Below, piece after piece: positions 27,916-39,200 of a stretch of DNA of 64,000 bases (positions are counted from its first letter, which is position 1; every line of letters begins with the position of its first letter). The stretch lies in the IMG/VR virus record IMGVR_UViG_3300020079_000007, positions 96,001-160,000 of that record, one strand, 5' to 3'. The notes beneath the pieces were generated by a model. The model worked only from the letters and a program-made list of their open reading frames with translations, ran no database searches and had not been told where the DNA came from. The position numbers were made by a program, and so were the translations under genes. The DNA is from a virus. Taxonomy: Duplodnaviria; Caudoviricetes.

Positions 27916-29685
27916 ATGAAATCAAAAAAGAAAACATTCCCATTTAAGATTAAATGGAATACACGCAAAGATGAAAGTTCGTTTGAACGCCCAACAATAA
28001 AAACAACTGAAGTTCTTATTAGTGGAAAGATTTTATGTTGTATCGTACTTTCAATAATCTCAGCATTTATTGATATTGTATTCTTCAGCGGATTGTCAAA
28101 GTCGGGCTACCCATTTTTTGGTGTTTATGTCCCTGCTGCAATAATTCTTTCTATTATGTCAATCGGTTTCTCAGGAAGTAAGTTCTTTGTTGCAATGCAA
28201 CTTGCTGCAATAAAAGAAATCGGCGGTCGTTTGAAAGATATGCTTGGTGAAGCATATAATCATCGTCTTATATGGTTAAAATTAAAATGGAATCTTATTC
28301 ATAAGTTTTTGATAACTATTTCAATCATAACTTCTATTTCATTGTCAGTTATTACAATCGGAAACGGTGTTCGTCAGATGGAGCAGAACATCAAAAATCA
28401 AACAATCGATGCACAGTATTTGATTGACTTGAAAACATCAATGAGAACAAATACAACTGACAAACGAGAAGCTGCTAAAGCAAACATTGAAGGCGCAAAG
28501 TCAGCACAATCTTCAGCGAAAGAAGCAGTAGATAAGTATTGGACTTTGCTTGATGATTACCAAACTAAAATAAGAGCAGTTAGAATAAATGACTCATTGA
28601 CAGACGAAGAGAAAGATGTTCAAATTGTAAAGATTAAAAAAGAAGCAGTAAACTCTTTACCTGTAGTTACAAGCAAGAATGTTGAGTATATTTCAAAGCC
28701 TGAATTTGAAAGAGAGTTTGCAAAAATTACAAAAGCAAATGAAACGATAGACACATCTTCTTTATATGAAGAAGCAATTGCATACGATGAAGCTGAACTT
28801 AATTCTTATATCATAGCTTTACAGGATAAAGAGTATCGTACTCCTGATGGACAACTTATTCAGTTTATCAATGAAGACGGTACGCCTGTAAACAGAGAAC
28901 TTGCCATTGCTCGTTTGCAAAACTCAATTATGGCTTGGCAGTCAGATACAGGAGATGCAGGTCCTTCTTCAAAAGTATTTACTTTAGTTGCAACATATCT
29001 TAAGACTGATGAAAAAGCAGGCGGTATGGGAACATCAGAAGTTATTATGATGGTTCTTATTATGGTCTTCGGTATTGTTCAAGAATTTATTATTGCAGCA
29101 TTTACTCCAAGAGCAACAATAAGTCGTAAGATGCTTTCTCAGTTTAGCGAATACCTTTACGGTGTTGACATCAACAGATTTATGCTTAAGACTTATAAAG
29201 ATTATTATGATTTAGGCTTGTTAAAGTCTGATGAATATGAAAGAAAATGTAAGAAAGCAGTAGGACTTCTTGATAATAATGTTGATGCAATTATCGCAAA
29301 ATACAAAGGTGAAGACGTTGAGAATCCTGAAGTCGTAAGACTTGAAGCAGAAGTTGATAAATATAAGCAGCAAGCAGAAGGCTATTTGGCAACATCTGCT
29401 GATTTTCACGACAAGCTTATGAAAGAGACTGAGAAGAACGAACAGTTGACAAATGATATGTTAGCAAAAGATGATCTTGTTCAGGACTTGAAGTATAAGC
29501 TTGCTCAAAAAGAAAATGAAATTGCAAACCTTAAAGTTGTCGAAGCGCCTGCAGTTGTTGAGGCAAAGGTTGAGCCAGTAAAAGTTGAAAGAAAGATTGA
29601 AAGAAAAATTGTAAAAGAGCCAAAAGAACAGGAGTTCTCATCAGCAGTCGATGAGAAGGCAAAAGAAGTAGAGGCATTATTGTAA
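27916..29685 (+). CDS. Multi-pass membrane protein with long coiled coils
   Basis: Three or four hydrophobic segments N-terminally, one more after a ~230-aa soluble region, and a coiled-coil C-terminus. Confidence 0.65.
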   Translation: MKSKKKTFPFKIKWNTRKDESSFERPTIKTTEVLISGKILCCIVLSIISAFIDIVFFSGLSKSGYPFFGVYVPAAIILSIMSIGFSGSKFFVAMQLAAIKEIGGRLKDMLGEAYNHRLIWLKLKWNLIHKFLITISIITSISLSVITIGNGVRQMEQNIKNQTIDAQYLIDLKTSMRTNTTDKREAAKANIEGAKSAQSSAKEAVDKYWTLLDDYQTKIRAVRINDSLTDEEKDVQIVKIKKEAVNSLPVVTSKNVEYISKPEFEREFAKITKANETIDTSSLYEEAIAYDEAELNSYIIALQDKEYRTPDGQLIQFINEDGTPVNRELAIARLQNSIMAWQSDTGDAGPSSKVFTLVATYLKTDEKAGGMGTSEVIMMVLIMVFGIVQEFIIAAFTPRATISRKMLSQFSEYLYGVDINRFMLKTYKDYYDLGLLKSDEYERKCKKAVGLLDNNVDAIIAKYKGEDVENPEVVRLEAEVDKYKQQAEGYLATSADFHDKLMKETEKNEQLTNDMLAKDDLVQDLKYKLAQKENEIANLKVVEAPAVVEAKVEPVKVERKIERKIVKEPKEQEFSSAVDEKAKEVEALL

Positions 29686-30464
29686 TGAAAGAAAGTGAAG
29701 TATTAGAAAAGTTTGAGCTCTTCAAGAATGGGCTTATCAAAAAGAATACAAGAATTGGAGAGCTTGAGCAAGAAGTAAGTAACTTAAAACAGGAATGCAG
29801 CGATAAGTCTTTATCAATCAATCAACTTGTTTTGCAAAATGAAGAAAAGGCGAACGCAATTGAGCAGTTGCGTTCAGATTATAATAACCGCGCCACTGAA
29901 CTTGAAAATAAGTATAACGACTTAAAAGAAAAGACTTATAAAACAATCAAGCATTTGGTTGAAGATGTTATTGAAGTTCAAGAGAAAAAGATTGCTGATC
30001 TTGAAGATGAAAAATTACAGAATGATATAACAATTGCAGGCTTACAAAAAGAAATTACGCAGCTTGAAAACAGAAAAGAAAAACACGACACAACTGAAGA
30101 TGTTGATGTTATGATGACAAAGATTCATACGACTGATGTTGATAAGTCGGCAGTTGATGAAACAATGGAATCTATAAAAAGAGGTGAAAAACTTTTCAAG
30201 CAGTATTCATTTGGAGTTGCAAACAAAGAGACTGTAACAATGTTTGAAACATTTATTCACAATATGTATGAACAAGCACCTTTAATCGGTAGATTTTATA
30301 TCCTTAATAACCCATTCAACTGTATGGGTGGACTTGACAAAGATGCTTGCGCCTCTTTACTTCAGCATTTAATTCAGGAAAGAATTGTTGAAACAAGAGG
30401 CGAAGAATACATAGCACAATATCTTGAAGAAGATGTTATCAAAGAAATCACAAAAGAGTGTTAA
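29685..30464 (+). CDS. Coiled-coil hypothetical protein
   Basis: Heptad-rich N-terminal half; TAATG coupling to the upstream gene. Confidence 0.65.
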   Translation: MKESEVLEKFELFKNGLIKKNTRIGELEQEVSNLKQECSDKSLSINQLVLQNEEKANAIEQLRSDYNNRATELENKYNDLKEKTYKTIKHLVEDVIEVQEKKIADLEDEKLQNDITIAGLQKEITQLENRKEKHDTTEDVDVMMTKIHTTDVDKSAVDETMESIKRGEKLFKQYSFGVANKETVTMFETFIHNMYEQAPLIGRFYILNNPFNCMGGLDKDACASLLQHLIQERIVETRGEEYIAQYLEEDVIKEITKEC

Positions 30465-30473
30465 TATCTTTAT

Positions 30474-30833
30474 ATGGAAAAATTAGCAATGGATAGAGAC
30501 ACAAAAGAACTCCTTGAAGACGTTTGTTCTTTGTTTGGTGTCAAAGCTGATATTATAAAAGACGTTTGGGAATACACAATGATTGTTTGGCTGTTAAAGC
30601 TTGCTGACTCAAACGCAAATTTGAAAAGAATAAAAATTCCTTATGTAGGCTCTGTTGGTCTTCGTTTCCTTGGAGAAAAGATGGGAGATGAAAAGATTGA
30701 TGCCGATTATGATGCATTTCTTGCATTAAATGAGAACTTTAAGGATGTTCTTAAAACAATCAAAAACAATGGTTCAGACGAGCTTACCGAACTTATTCAA
30801 CAAAAAATTAAAAAATTAGCCTCTCAAGTATAA
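30474..30833 (+). CDS. HU/IHF-like DNA-binding protein
   Basis: TKELLEDVCSLFGV...IKIPYVGSVGLR follows the HU helix-helix plus V.I.G.G.F pattern. Confidence 0.5.
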   Translation: MEKLAMDRDTKELLEDVCSLFGVKADIIKDVWEYTMIVWLLKLADSNANLKRIKIPYVGSVGLRFLGEKMGDEKIDADYDAFLALNENFKDVLKTIKNNGSDELTELIQQKIKKLASQV

Positions 30834-30838
30834 CGCAT

Positions 30839-30870
30839 TGTCTTCCTTAACTAATTATTTAAGGAAGACA
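30839..30870 (+). promoter_or_regulatory. SD-sequestering hairpin with the late promoter motif in its loop
   Basis: Perfect 12-bp TGTCTTCCTTAA/TTAAGGAAGACA stem; ACTAATT at 30850-30856. Confidence 0.75.
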
Positions 30871-30872
30871 CA

Positions 30873-33251
30873 ATGGCACAAGACAACGAAAGATACGAAA
30901 AGAAATATACATTCCAAAAGAAACCTTGGAAAGTTTGGATGTCATCTGCTCCAAACCCAACTGCTGTATTAGTATCAGCAAGACAACTTCTTGAAGGAAC
31001 TTCGCTCGGTCACAACATTCTTATTTACAACGGAAATCTCTATGCAAACGGCGTTTTCTCAGGAACGTCATTCCTTGATTTTTACAGATATTGTCTTGAT
31101 GTTGAGCCAGCACTTTTCGATAGAAGAAGTAAGTTTGGTACTTATGAATATGATTTAGGTTCAGGTCTTTATGATGTTCTTCATAGAGATAAGATTACAG
31201 TAAATTTACATAATAAAGACGCTGCATTATATCCTGAAGATATTAAAGCATTCTTCGGTGTAAACTCAATTTGGGCACCTTGGTTCCATAAGAACTCAAA
31301 TATGATACAGGACAACTTTGGTGTTTCATATAACGCCGGTGACTGTTTTACTGCTGAAGCAACAAATCAGGAAATATCTTATGCTAACCTTGAGTCAGAT
31401 ATTATCTGTTATCAGAAAGATGATATTTTCTCAAACACAATGGCGTTTGAAGATGGTAAAGTTGCTTACACAAAAATCCAACTTAATCAAAGAAAAACAA
31501 TGGTTATGAAGTTGATTGTAGGAGCAATCCTCTTCAACTCAAATGAGCCATCACTTATAACAGAAATCAATGACCAGAACGTAACTTCAGTTTTCACAAA
31601 GTTTTCAAATGATGATAAAACAAATCATTTGTTTGATTACATTTACTTCTGGGTTAAAGCTCCATTCTGTGCTGATTATATCGACCCTGATGATTTCAAT
31701 CAGAACTTAAATCAGGATGCTGATGTTGTTCACAGAAACTTATTGATTGCATCACAGTATGTTGATAAGATCAGAAACAACTTCAACCGCTTTAATGAAG
31801 CTTTTGATTATCAGAAAAGTGAAGATGAAGATACTTCTTCATTAACAGAATTCCTCGAACAGTTCTCTCGTCCATACGTCCCAACAAACTCACCTCTTAA
31901 AGACTTTGTTTCAAACAAGTTGTTAGGAGCTGAAGCAATTACTGATTATGATTATGATGAGCACTCTAATGTAGTATCAACTGCAGAAGAGTTGATAAAA
32001 AGATCATATATAATGGACGAAAAGTATGAGATTGAAGATCTTCCTAATGCAAATGTATTAGGTTCTGTTTATTCTCTCCCTGTTCGTAAAGTAAATGGTG
32101 AATTACAAAGAATCACTCCTTTCAACTTTTATGACCCAGACAGTAGAGAAGATTCTGAATACTATCGTCTTCTTGGTAGACTTCCTACCCTTATCGGTAA
32201 AGAAGGTAACATTACAACTGATGGCCGTATTATGTCGCCAACAATTGACGAACTTTGGTACATCGTTAAAAAGATTATTTCAGGTGAGCCAATTCACGGT
32301 TCAATTCCATCAAACATTGCTTTGCCTAATAATGAAATCGCAGAAGATACAACTTTGAAAGAAGCCATTATGGCTCAGTACAAGCAATCTTTCGATGGTG
32401 TTAGTAAAGCTATTGACCCAATCGACTTTGCATACGAATACGATGAAAATGGCAAAATAAACAAAGTAAGTGTTAAAGAGTTTGTTGTTCAACCTGAAAA
32501 CATTACTCACAAAATATACACATTACTTGCTGCAGTATCAACAAGACTTAATAAGTTCTATAATGAAAATGTTGCATTGAACGATGAGTTTACAACCGAT
32601 GAAGAAAGCGGCACGGTAACATACACAGGCAATTCAAGAGCTCTTAACCGCGTAGGTGATTATATTCTTGGCACAACAAAAATGGAAACAGCATCAAATG
32701 CTGACAAGGAATATGGTCCTCGTGCAAGTGCTCCATTATCTCTCCGCGAACTTGAAGCAGCAATTCTTGGTAACAAGTACAACATCGAAAACAACTTTGT
32801 GTTTGCTTCAAAGACTTATGCAGTTACAGGTAAGTTTGGTAAGAGATTAGTTGACGAAGAAAATAATATCTTGTCAGGTGGTTCATTGTATCAAATGCAC
32901 CGTGATTACAACGCTGATGTTGAAAATCCAAATACTTATTTTGAACTTGGTGGAAAAAGAGATAGCACAAGCGGTTATGATATTACTGCAGGTGACTTGA
33001 ATGGCGAGCAAGAAGTAAACACAGAAGGTTCAAGCGCTATCCCAGTTTATATCTTGGATAAAAATCTTAAGAGAACTAAAGTAACAAATATAACACAACT
33101 TCCTATAATGGCTTCAAATTACGGTAAGTCTGAATTGTTGCACGAAGAACAAGGTAAGTACACAGGTGCTGATGTTTATATGGCAGCAGACGGTACTTGG
33201 CGTTGTAAAGCAGAACATATGAGATTGCCGATATTAAGAAGCCGTTACTAA
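30873..33251 (+). CDS. Putative virion structural protein
   Basis: 792 aa, late-type promoter, upstream of the tail fibre gene. Confidence 0.55.
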   Translation: MAQDNERYEKKYTFQKKPWKVWMSSAPNPTAVLVSARQLLEGTSLGHNILIYNGNLYANGVFSGTSFLDFYRYCLDVEPALFDRRSKFGTYEYDLGSGLYDVLHRDKITVNLHNKDAALYPEDIKAFFGVNSIWAPWFHKNSNMIQDNFGVSYNAGDCFTAEATNQEISYANLESDIICYQKDDIFSNTMAFEDGKVAYTKIQLNQRKTMVMKLIVGAILFNSNEPSLITEINDQNVTSVFTKFSNDDKTNHLFDYIYFWVKAPFCADYIDPDDFNQNLNQDADVVHRNLLIASQYVDKIRNNFNRFNEAFDYQKSEDEDTSSLTEFLEQFSRPYVPTNSPLKDFVSNKLLGAEAITDYDYDEHSNVVSTAEELIKRSYIMDEKYEIEDLPNANVLGSVYSLPVRKVNGELQRITPFNFYDPDSREDSEYYRLLGRLPTLIGKEGNITTDGRIMSPTIDELWYIVKKIISGEPIHGSIPSNIALPNNEIAEDTTLKEAIMAQYKQSFDGVSKAIDPIDFAYEYDENGKINKVSVKEFVVQPENITHKIYTLLAAVSTRLNKFYNENVALNDEFTTDEESGTVTYTGNSRALNRVGDYILGTTKMETASNADKEYGPRASAPLSLRELEAAILGNKYNIENNFVFASKTYAVTGKFGKRLVDEENNILSGGSLYQMHRDYNADVENPNTYFELGGKRDSTSGYDITAGDLNGEQEVNTEGSSAIPVYILDKNLKRTKVTNITQLPIMASNYGKSELLHEEQGKYTGADVYMAADGTWRCKAEHMRLPILRSRY

Positions 33252-33269
33252 TTTTTATAACAGAGGAAA

Positions 33270-36200
33270 ATGATGAAAAAAGGTCTTACATTTATAAGTG
33301 AAAGAACAGGTCAGCTTAGATATTCTGACATTGCGACAGAAGAACAGTGGATTCAGCAAACAAGTACATACATTCCAATTCAAGCTATCAAAAGAGGACA
33401 GCCTGTTTCAATTGCAACAAAAGAAGACTTGGAAATTGTTGCAAACGGTGATGAGGTTTTGTATGAAGCACTCCTTAATTCATCAGACTCTTATGTAGTT
33501 TTAACAAACCCAACAAGACATACAAACACAATCGGTCTTGCATTGGAATATACTGACGGACATCACGAGATTGTTGATGGAGAACTTAAAACTGCCCCAA
33601 AGATTCACATTATCAACAATGGTAAATACATCGAAGATGCTAACTATTACGCACAGGCTTTTACAGAAGAAGATTCTTATACAGTTGCGGGTGATGCTGA
33701 CTCAGAATATGAGGAATATTGGCCACCATTTTTTGATGATTATGAAAACTCAATCGGTAAGAAAATTTATGTAAAAGGCTCAGCTGATGGTGAACTTACT
33801 CTTGTAAAAGAAGAAGCATATCTTGCTCACAACAATGTTATCGTTCTTGGTTTTGTAACAGACGCTAAACTTAAAAATAAAGAAAATGAAAAAGATGTTG
33901 GAGCAATCGAAGTTCAAGTACAAGGTGATGACCGCGGCCTTATTGATGCAACAATCTTTGAAGCTGTTGTAGGTGAAGACTTCGTTATTGGCGATACAAA
34001 AGTTCAAGCAAACGGCGAAACAAACTGTAAGACAAAAGTATTTGCTTTAGGTTCAGAAGATGATGAAATATTTGAGTTCTCATTCAATATCAATCAGCTT
34101 GTTAATACTCCAATGCCTAAAGGTTTTATCGCTCTTCAAAGAATTGACGGTAAAACATATATCATTCAGACAAATGGCGAAATAAGTGAAAGTCTTCTCA
34201 ATGAAGGTGAAGCTTACGATTATAATGACCGTGCTTTCTATCAAGTTGCAAAGTATTATGCTGCAAATTATAACGAGTCAATTGAAAAGGTAGACCTTGC
34301 TGTTACTGAAGCATCAGCAACAAACTTGATTTCAAAGTTGGAAGCTGAACTTAAAAATGCAATGGCTTACATCTCACAAGGTGAAAATGTTTCATTAAAA
34401 GATGGCCATACATCAAACATTACAGACCTTGACTTTGATGAGTCTGAACTTGGAACAAAGCACCGTCTTATTTGTAGAGCAAATGACATTGGTGGTTATT
34501 TTGATGTTTATGTTTCATCAAACTTAACAGGTATTTTATCTGACCTCAATATCAAGTCACACGGTTCATTCTTCAACAGAGGATACGCTGTTCTTGCAGA
34601 TATTCGTAATCCTAAGAGACAGAACATTATCGGTATTTACAACTCAGGACATACTGGACTTGTAAAGAAAGGTGAAAATGCAATCTTCTTAAAGCAGGGT
34701 CTTTTCAGAGATTACTCAAATCCTTTTGAAGTAGGCGAAAGATATTATCTTGGTTCACACGGTAACATTTTCAAAGTTCCTCAAGAATACTACAACTCAA
34801 TCATCTCAATTGGTTATGCACAATATAAAGATGCTTTAATTGTTGATTGTTGCGATGTAAGACAATATAACAACGGTGACCTTCCTGTAGGTTATATGAA
34901 GCCTTCTATCAAAGGTGAAGCTGAATTCGGTTTCTTATTGATGAACGGTGAGCCTGTAGAATATGAAGGACACGAACTTCTTTATAAGAGACTCAAGAAC
35001 TGGTATGATGAAGCTGACTTGAAGCTTGGTTCATATTACTTTGGTGAAGTAGAGAAGACAGGATTTATTATTCCAAAAGTTCAATATCAAAAACATACAG
35101 GTGAAGAAGAGTCTTATACTCCTGCGCAGATTAAATGGCTTGCAGAAGGCGTTTATAAAGAAATGCCAAGAACGCCTTTTGTTCGTCGTTTCGTTGATAT
35201 TGATTATCCAAAGCAAGTTATTGATAATAACGGAGAAGAAGAGGAAATCATCTTAGCACATCAGGCAAGAATACCTGACATTGATATTACTCCTCTTATG
35301 ATTTATGGTCCTGAAGAAGACCGTTTGCAAATCCCAGATTTGGAAAATCTTGACATCAAGTTCTTCGCTGACTTGTCAGATGGCAACGTTCCTGAATGGG
35401 TACAAATTGACCCAGGCTTCCATTCATTTGATGCACTTACATACTTTGGTTATAAGTGGACTGTAACACAAACTAATGAGCCTTCTGACTCAAATCCTTA
35501 CGGAACTTGGGTATTGAGAGCAGCTTATAACGGAACACAGGGACCTAACGAAGTTGACAATGATGATACTGCTATGGGTATTTGTTATCAAGCTGACCCA
35601 TTCTCTCCACCTGTTTCACTTGCAGGTCGTCGTGCAAGAATCTTTGTTGTAAAACACGATTACTACTCAAGACAATTTGATGTTGAAGCTCTTTTCAAAG
35701 ACTATGTAAAAGAGTCTTTGGTTGATGCAACTGACCAACCTTGGATAAGCCACGCAATCTCCGGTAATGCTGTTCGTCAGGACCTTTACAGAAGAGTTTA
35801 CACAAAAGACTTGTTGCTTGGTTCAACTGAAAGAAGAGCTGATGTAAATGGTTATATTCAGTCAATCAGATTAAACGGTGAAGCTCTTGAGAACGAAGAT
35901 GAGTTGGCTGCATATACACTCAACACAAATCTTCGTTTGAAGAATCCTGCAAATGCAAATGACCAAGCTCTTGATTATTACAATGGCTTATTAAAGTATT
36001 ACTATCAGAATGAAACAGAAGATAGCGCAATATCTCACAAGGCAAGTTTACAAACAAAAATCTTAAATGAGCCTTACGCATTGCTCCCTTCTTATATGTT
36101 CAAAGCTCATAAAGAGTTGTTGGTTAAAAATGCAACAGCAAAAGACTTTACAGATCATCCTCACGGAATTGTAAATGATGGTTATGAAGGCAACCTCAAT

Positions 36201-39200
36201 GCAAAAACTTTACAATCTGCAAACTTGGGTTACCCACAGCATATCTTGTCAAACAATGTAACAGATGATGTAAACGAAGTTTATGTTGAAAAAGAGAACG
36301 CTGCAATTGCAATCACAATTCCTTATACACAAAAGACTACTACAGGTGATTACAGAACTCGTCTCGGTAACTTGACAGAATACAGAGACGCAGACGGTAA
36401 CCTTATAAGACATACAATCAAAACTTACGGCAATACTTCTGAACTCGTAGAAGATATTGATATTCATAACGGCTTTGACTATGTTCAGAGAATACGCGGT
36501 AATGTTGGCGGCAACAGCAAGTCAATGAATATTAAGTATGGATTCTCTGACGACAAACACGATATAACTTTTGAAGATGATGACGGAAATCCATTAAGCT
36601 TGTATGGTACCTTCGTTCAGACATCTTCAATTAAAAAGAAGTATGTTCTTTCAAGATTTGAAGGTAAGAACTCTCCTGCTATCGGAAGTGAGTTCTCAGA
36701 TAAATATATCGGCAACGGCAAAGAGCAAGTATTAAATGAAGCTTTGCAGGCAATTTATGAAATGCCTCTTGCAACATTCAAATACAACAGAGAATACTTA
36801 TCTGAAGATCCTTGGTACAAGAGATACTTCGGTATTATCGTTGAAAGAATTGCCGCAACAAAAGATAACTTTGCAAGTGATGCAGAGTTGACAAATAAGA
36901 CTGCATTAGACGAAGTTGAATATACTTATACTGATGAAGAGAAAGCTTCTATTGCAGAATACCTCAAACTTGTAACTGACAACCCAGAACAGGGTATGCG
37001 TGAGTCAACTGTTATTGGTATTCTTTTGAAAGCTGCAAAAGAAACACAGGAAAGATTACTCAACCTTGAAGTATCAACATACGGTAAGGATTCTCCTACA
37101 CTCCCAGGTGAAGATGAAAAGAATCCAAACTTTACAGCAAACGACCAAAAGTCAACAATTGCAGGTCTTAACCGTTTGGTTAAAGCATTGTGTCGTGAAG
37201 TATTCCAGAATGCTGACCCAACAAATATCAATGAACTTGGCGGTTGGTCTGAAGATGGTGAAAACTACTCACGCCTTGACTTAATTGACAAAGAAGTAAA
37301 CGGTGAGGCTGCAAAGGATGATAATCAAGAAAGAATCTTCCTTGCAAAGAATATTGGTAAAACATATCCTGATGCTGCAGATATTACAGAAGAAGCCGTT
37401 CCTAATGAAGCACTTGTTCCTGATGCTGAAAATGATAACGACTTCGGAAGTGAAGATGCAGTTAAGTACCCAACAGATACAACATATACTCCAAACCCAG
37501 AAGAGATTGATGACTTCGATGGCATTAACGATGCAATCAACAGAATCGTAGCTAAACTCAATCAGCTCACAATCAACATCAACGGTGAGGACGACATCAA
37601 AAAGAATCCAAAGAAACTTGATTACATTCGTGGAACTTTGGTAACACTCCTTCGTGATGTTTACTCTGATGGTTCAGTTGATGAGGTTGAAAATGGTATA
37701 TATGTTAAGAAAGGTCTTTCAAGAATTGATAAGATTCTTCAGGACCTTTACAACTTCGATTTAACTTACGGTGCAACAAGAGCAAAAGTAAATACATATA
37801 ACGGTAAAGATTTGTATGGTGTAGAAAATAATGAGTCAGCAAGTACAGAAATGATTGACTCATTCAGTTCTCGTTCACCTGAAAAGATTGAAGATATTTT
37901 TGGCAAGGCATCAATTCTTGATGTTATAATTGAACTTCTCTCAGGTAATGAAAACAACTTGGTTAAGACAAAGTTGACACCTTGGAAAGACCTTGCAAAC
38001 AATGAAAACAATTGGAAAGTAAATGCAGACAACACAGTAGCAACAACATACGACAATACTGCAGAACTTACAAATAACAAAAACTCTCGTAATCATTATA
38101 CAGTTCTTCAGAGACTTGACGACATTGAAAAAGCATTGACTTTGATGTTCTCAAGATTTGCAAACAAAACTGACTTCACAAAAGATACTTCTCGTGTTGG
38201 TGAAGGCGCTTATGATGGTGTAACATCAGTTGATGATTATATGAAGTTCTTGAGACGCAACTCAGGACTTTGCTTCCACAGCGCAGGCTTGTATGCAGAT
38301 AAAGTTGAAAACGATGAAAGAACTACTGCAGCTAAAGCAATTACCGCTGAAGATTGGGTAAGACCTGTTCACGATACAGTAGACAACTTTGATGTTTATG
38401 ATACAATTTATGATGCAATCAAACGTATCAAGAACAGTGAAATGAACTTGGGTTACAACAATGCTAAACTCGGTACTGATTATGATACATATAAGAATGG
38501 TAACACAAGAATAACAAAGGATGCTTATGAAACTCTTGCTCCAAACGGCGAAGTTCCAACTCCTGATTATACTGTAACATCTGATATGAGAGCAGTTCTT
38601 AAATTGCTATACGGTTCTGACTTGGCAAATGCAGATGCTTCAAACAACAAGACAGGTTCAGTACACTTCAATGTTACTGATGAAGCAAGCGATAACTTCA
38701 AGAACTCTCCTAATGGTGTTTCAGTAATTGATGCATTATATAAGATGTTGTATAATGTGCCTCAAGCTTACAACTACGATGCAGGCGCAGGTACATCATC
38801 AAGATTATCTGGAACAGTTGATGCAATATTTGAAAATGCAAAAGGCTTTGACCCAGCAGTTCCAAAAGCTCATATTGCTGTAGGTGAAAGTGAATCTCCT
38901 GTAGCAGACGGACATCGTAAAGGCTTCATCTTACAAAATAAAGATGGTAATGCTTACAGAAAGAATCGTATTGATGTTCTTGAAGATTGGATAAAAGCTA
39001 TTTACAGATATGTTGGCTTCGGCAGCACAGAAGATCCTTACTACTTCATCGGCGACCTTCACCTTACTTTCGAAGATAGAGATGATGGCGATAAAGATGT
39101 ATTCGTAAATGGAAAACAATACTGCACAACAGCTTACAACAAGAAGTACATCACAGAGTCAGGTAATTACACACTTGCAGAGATTGCTTTACAATCTTAC

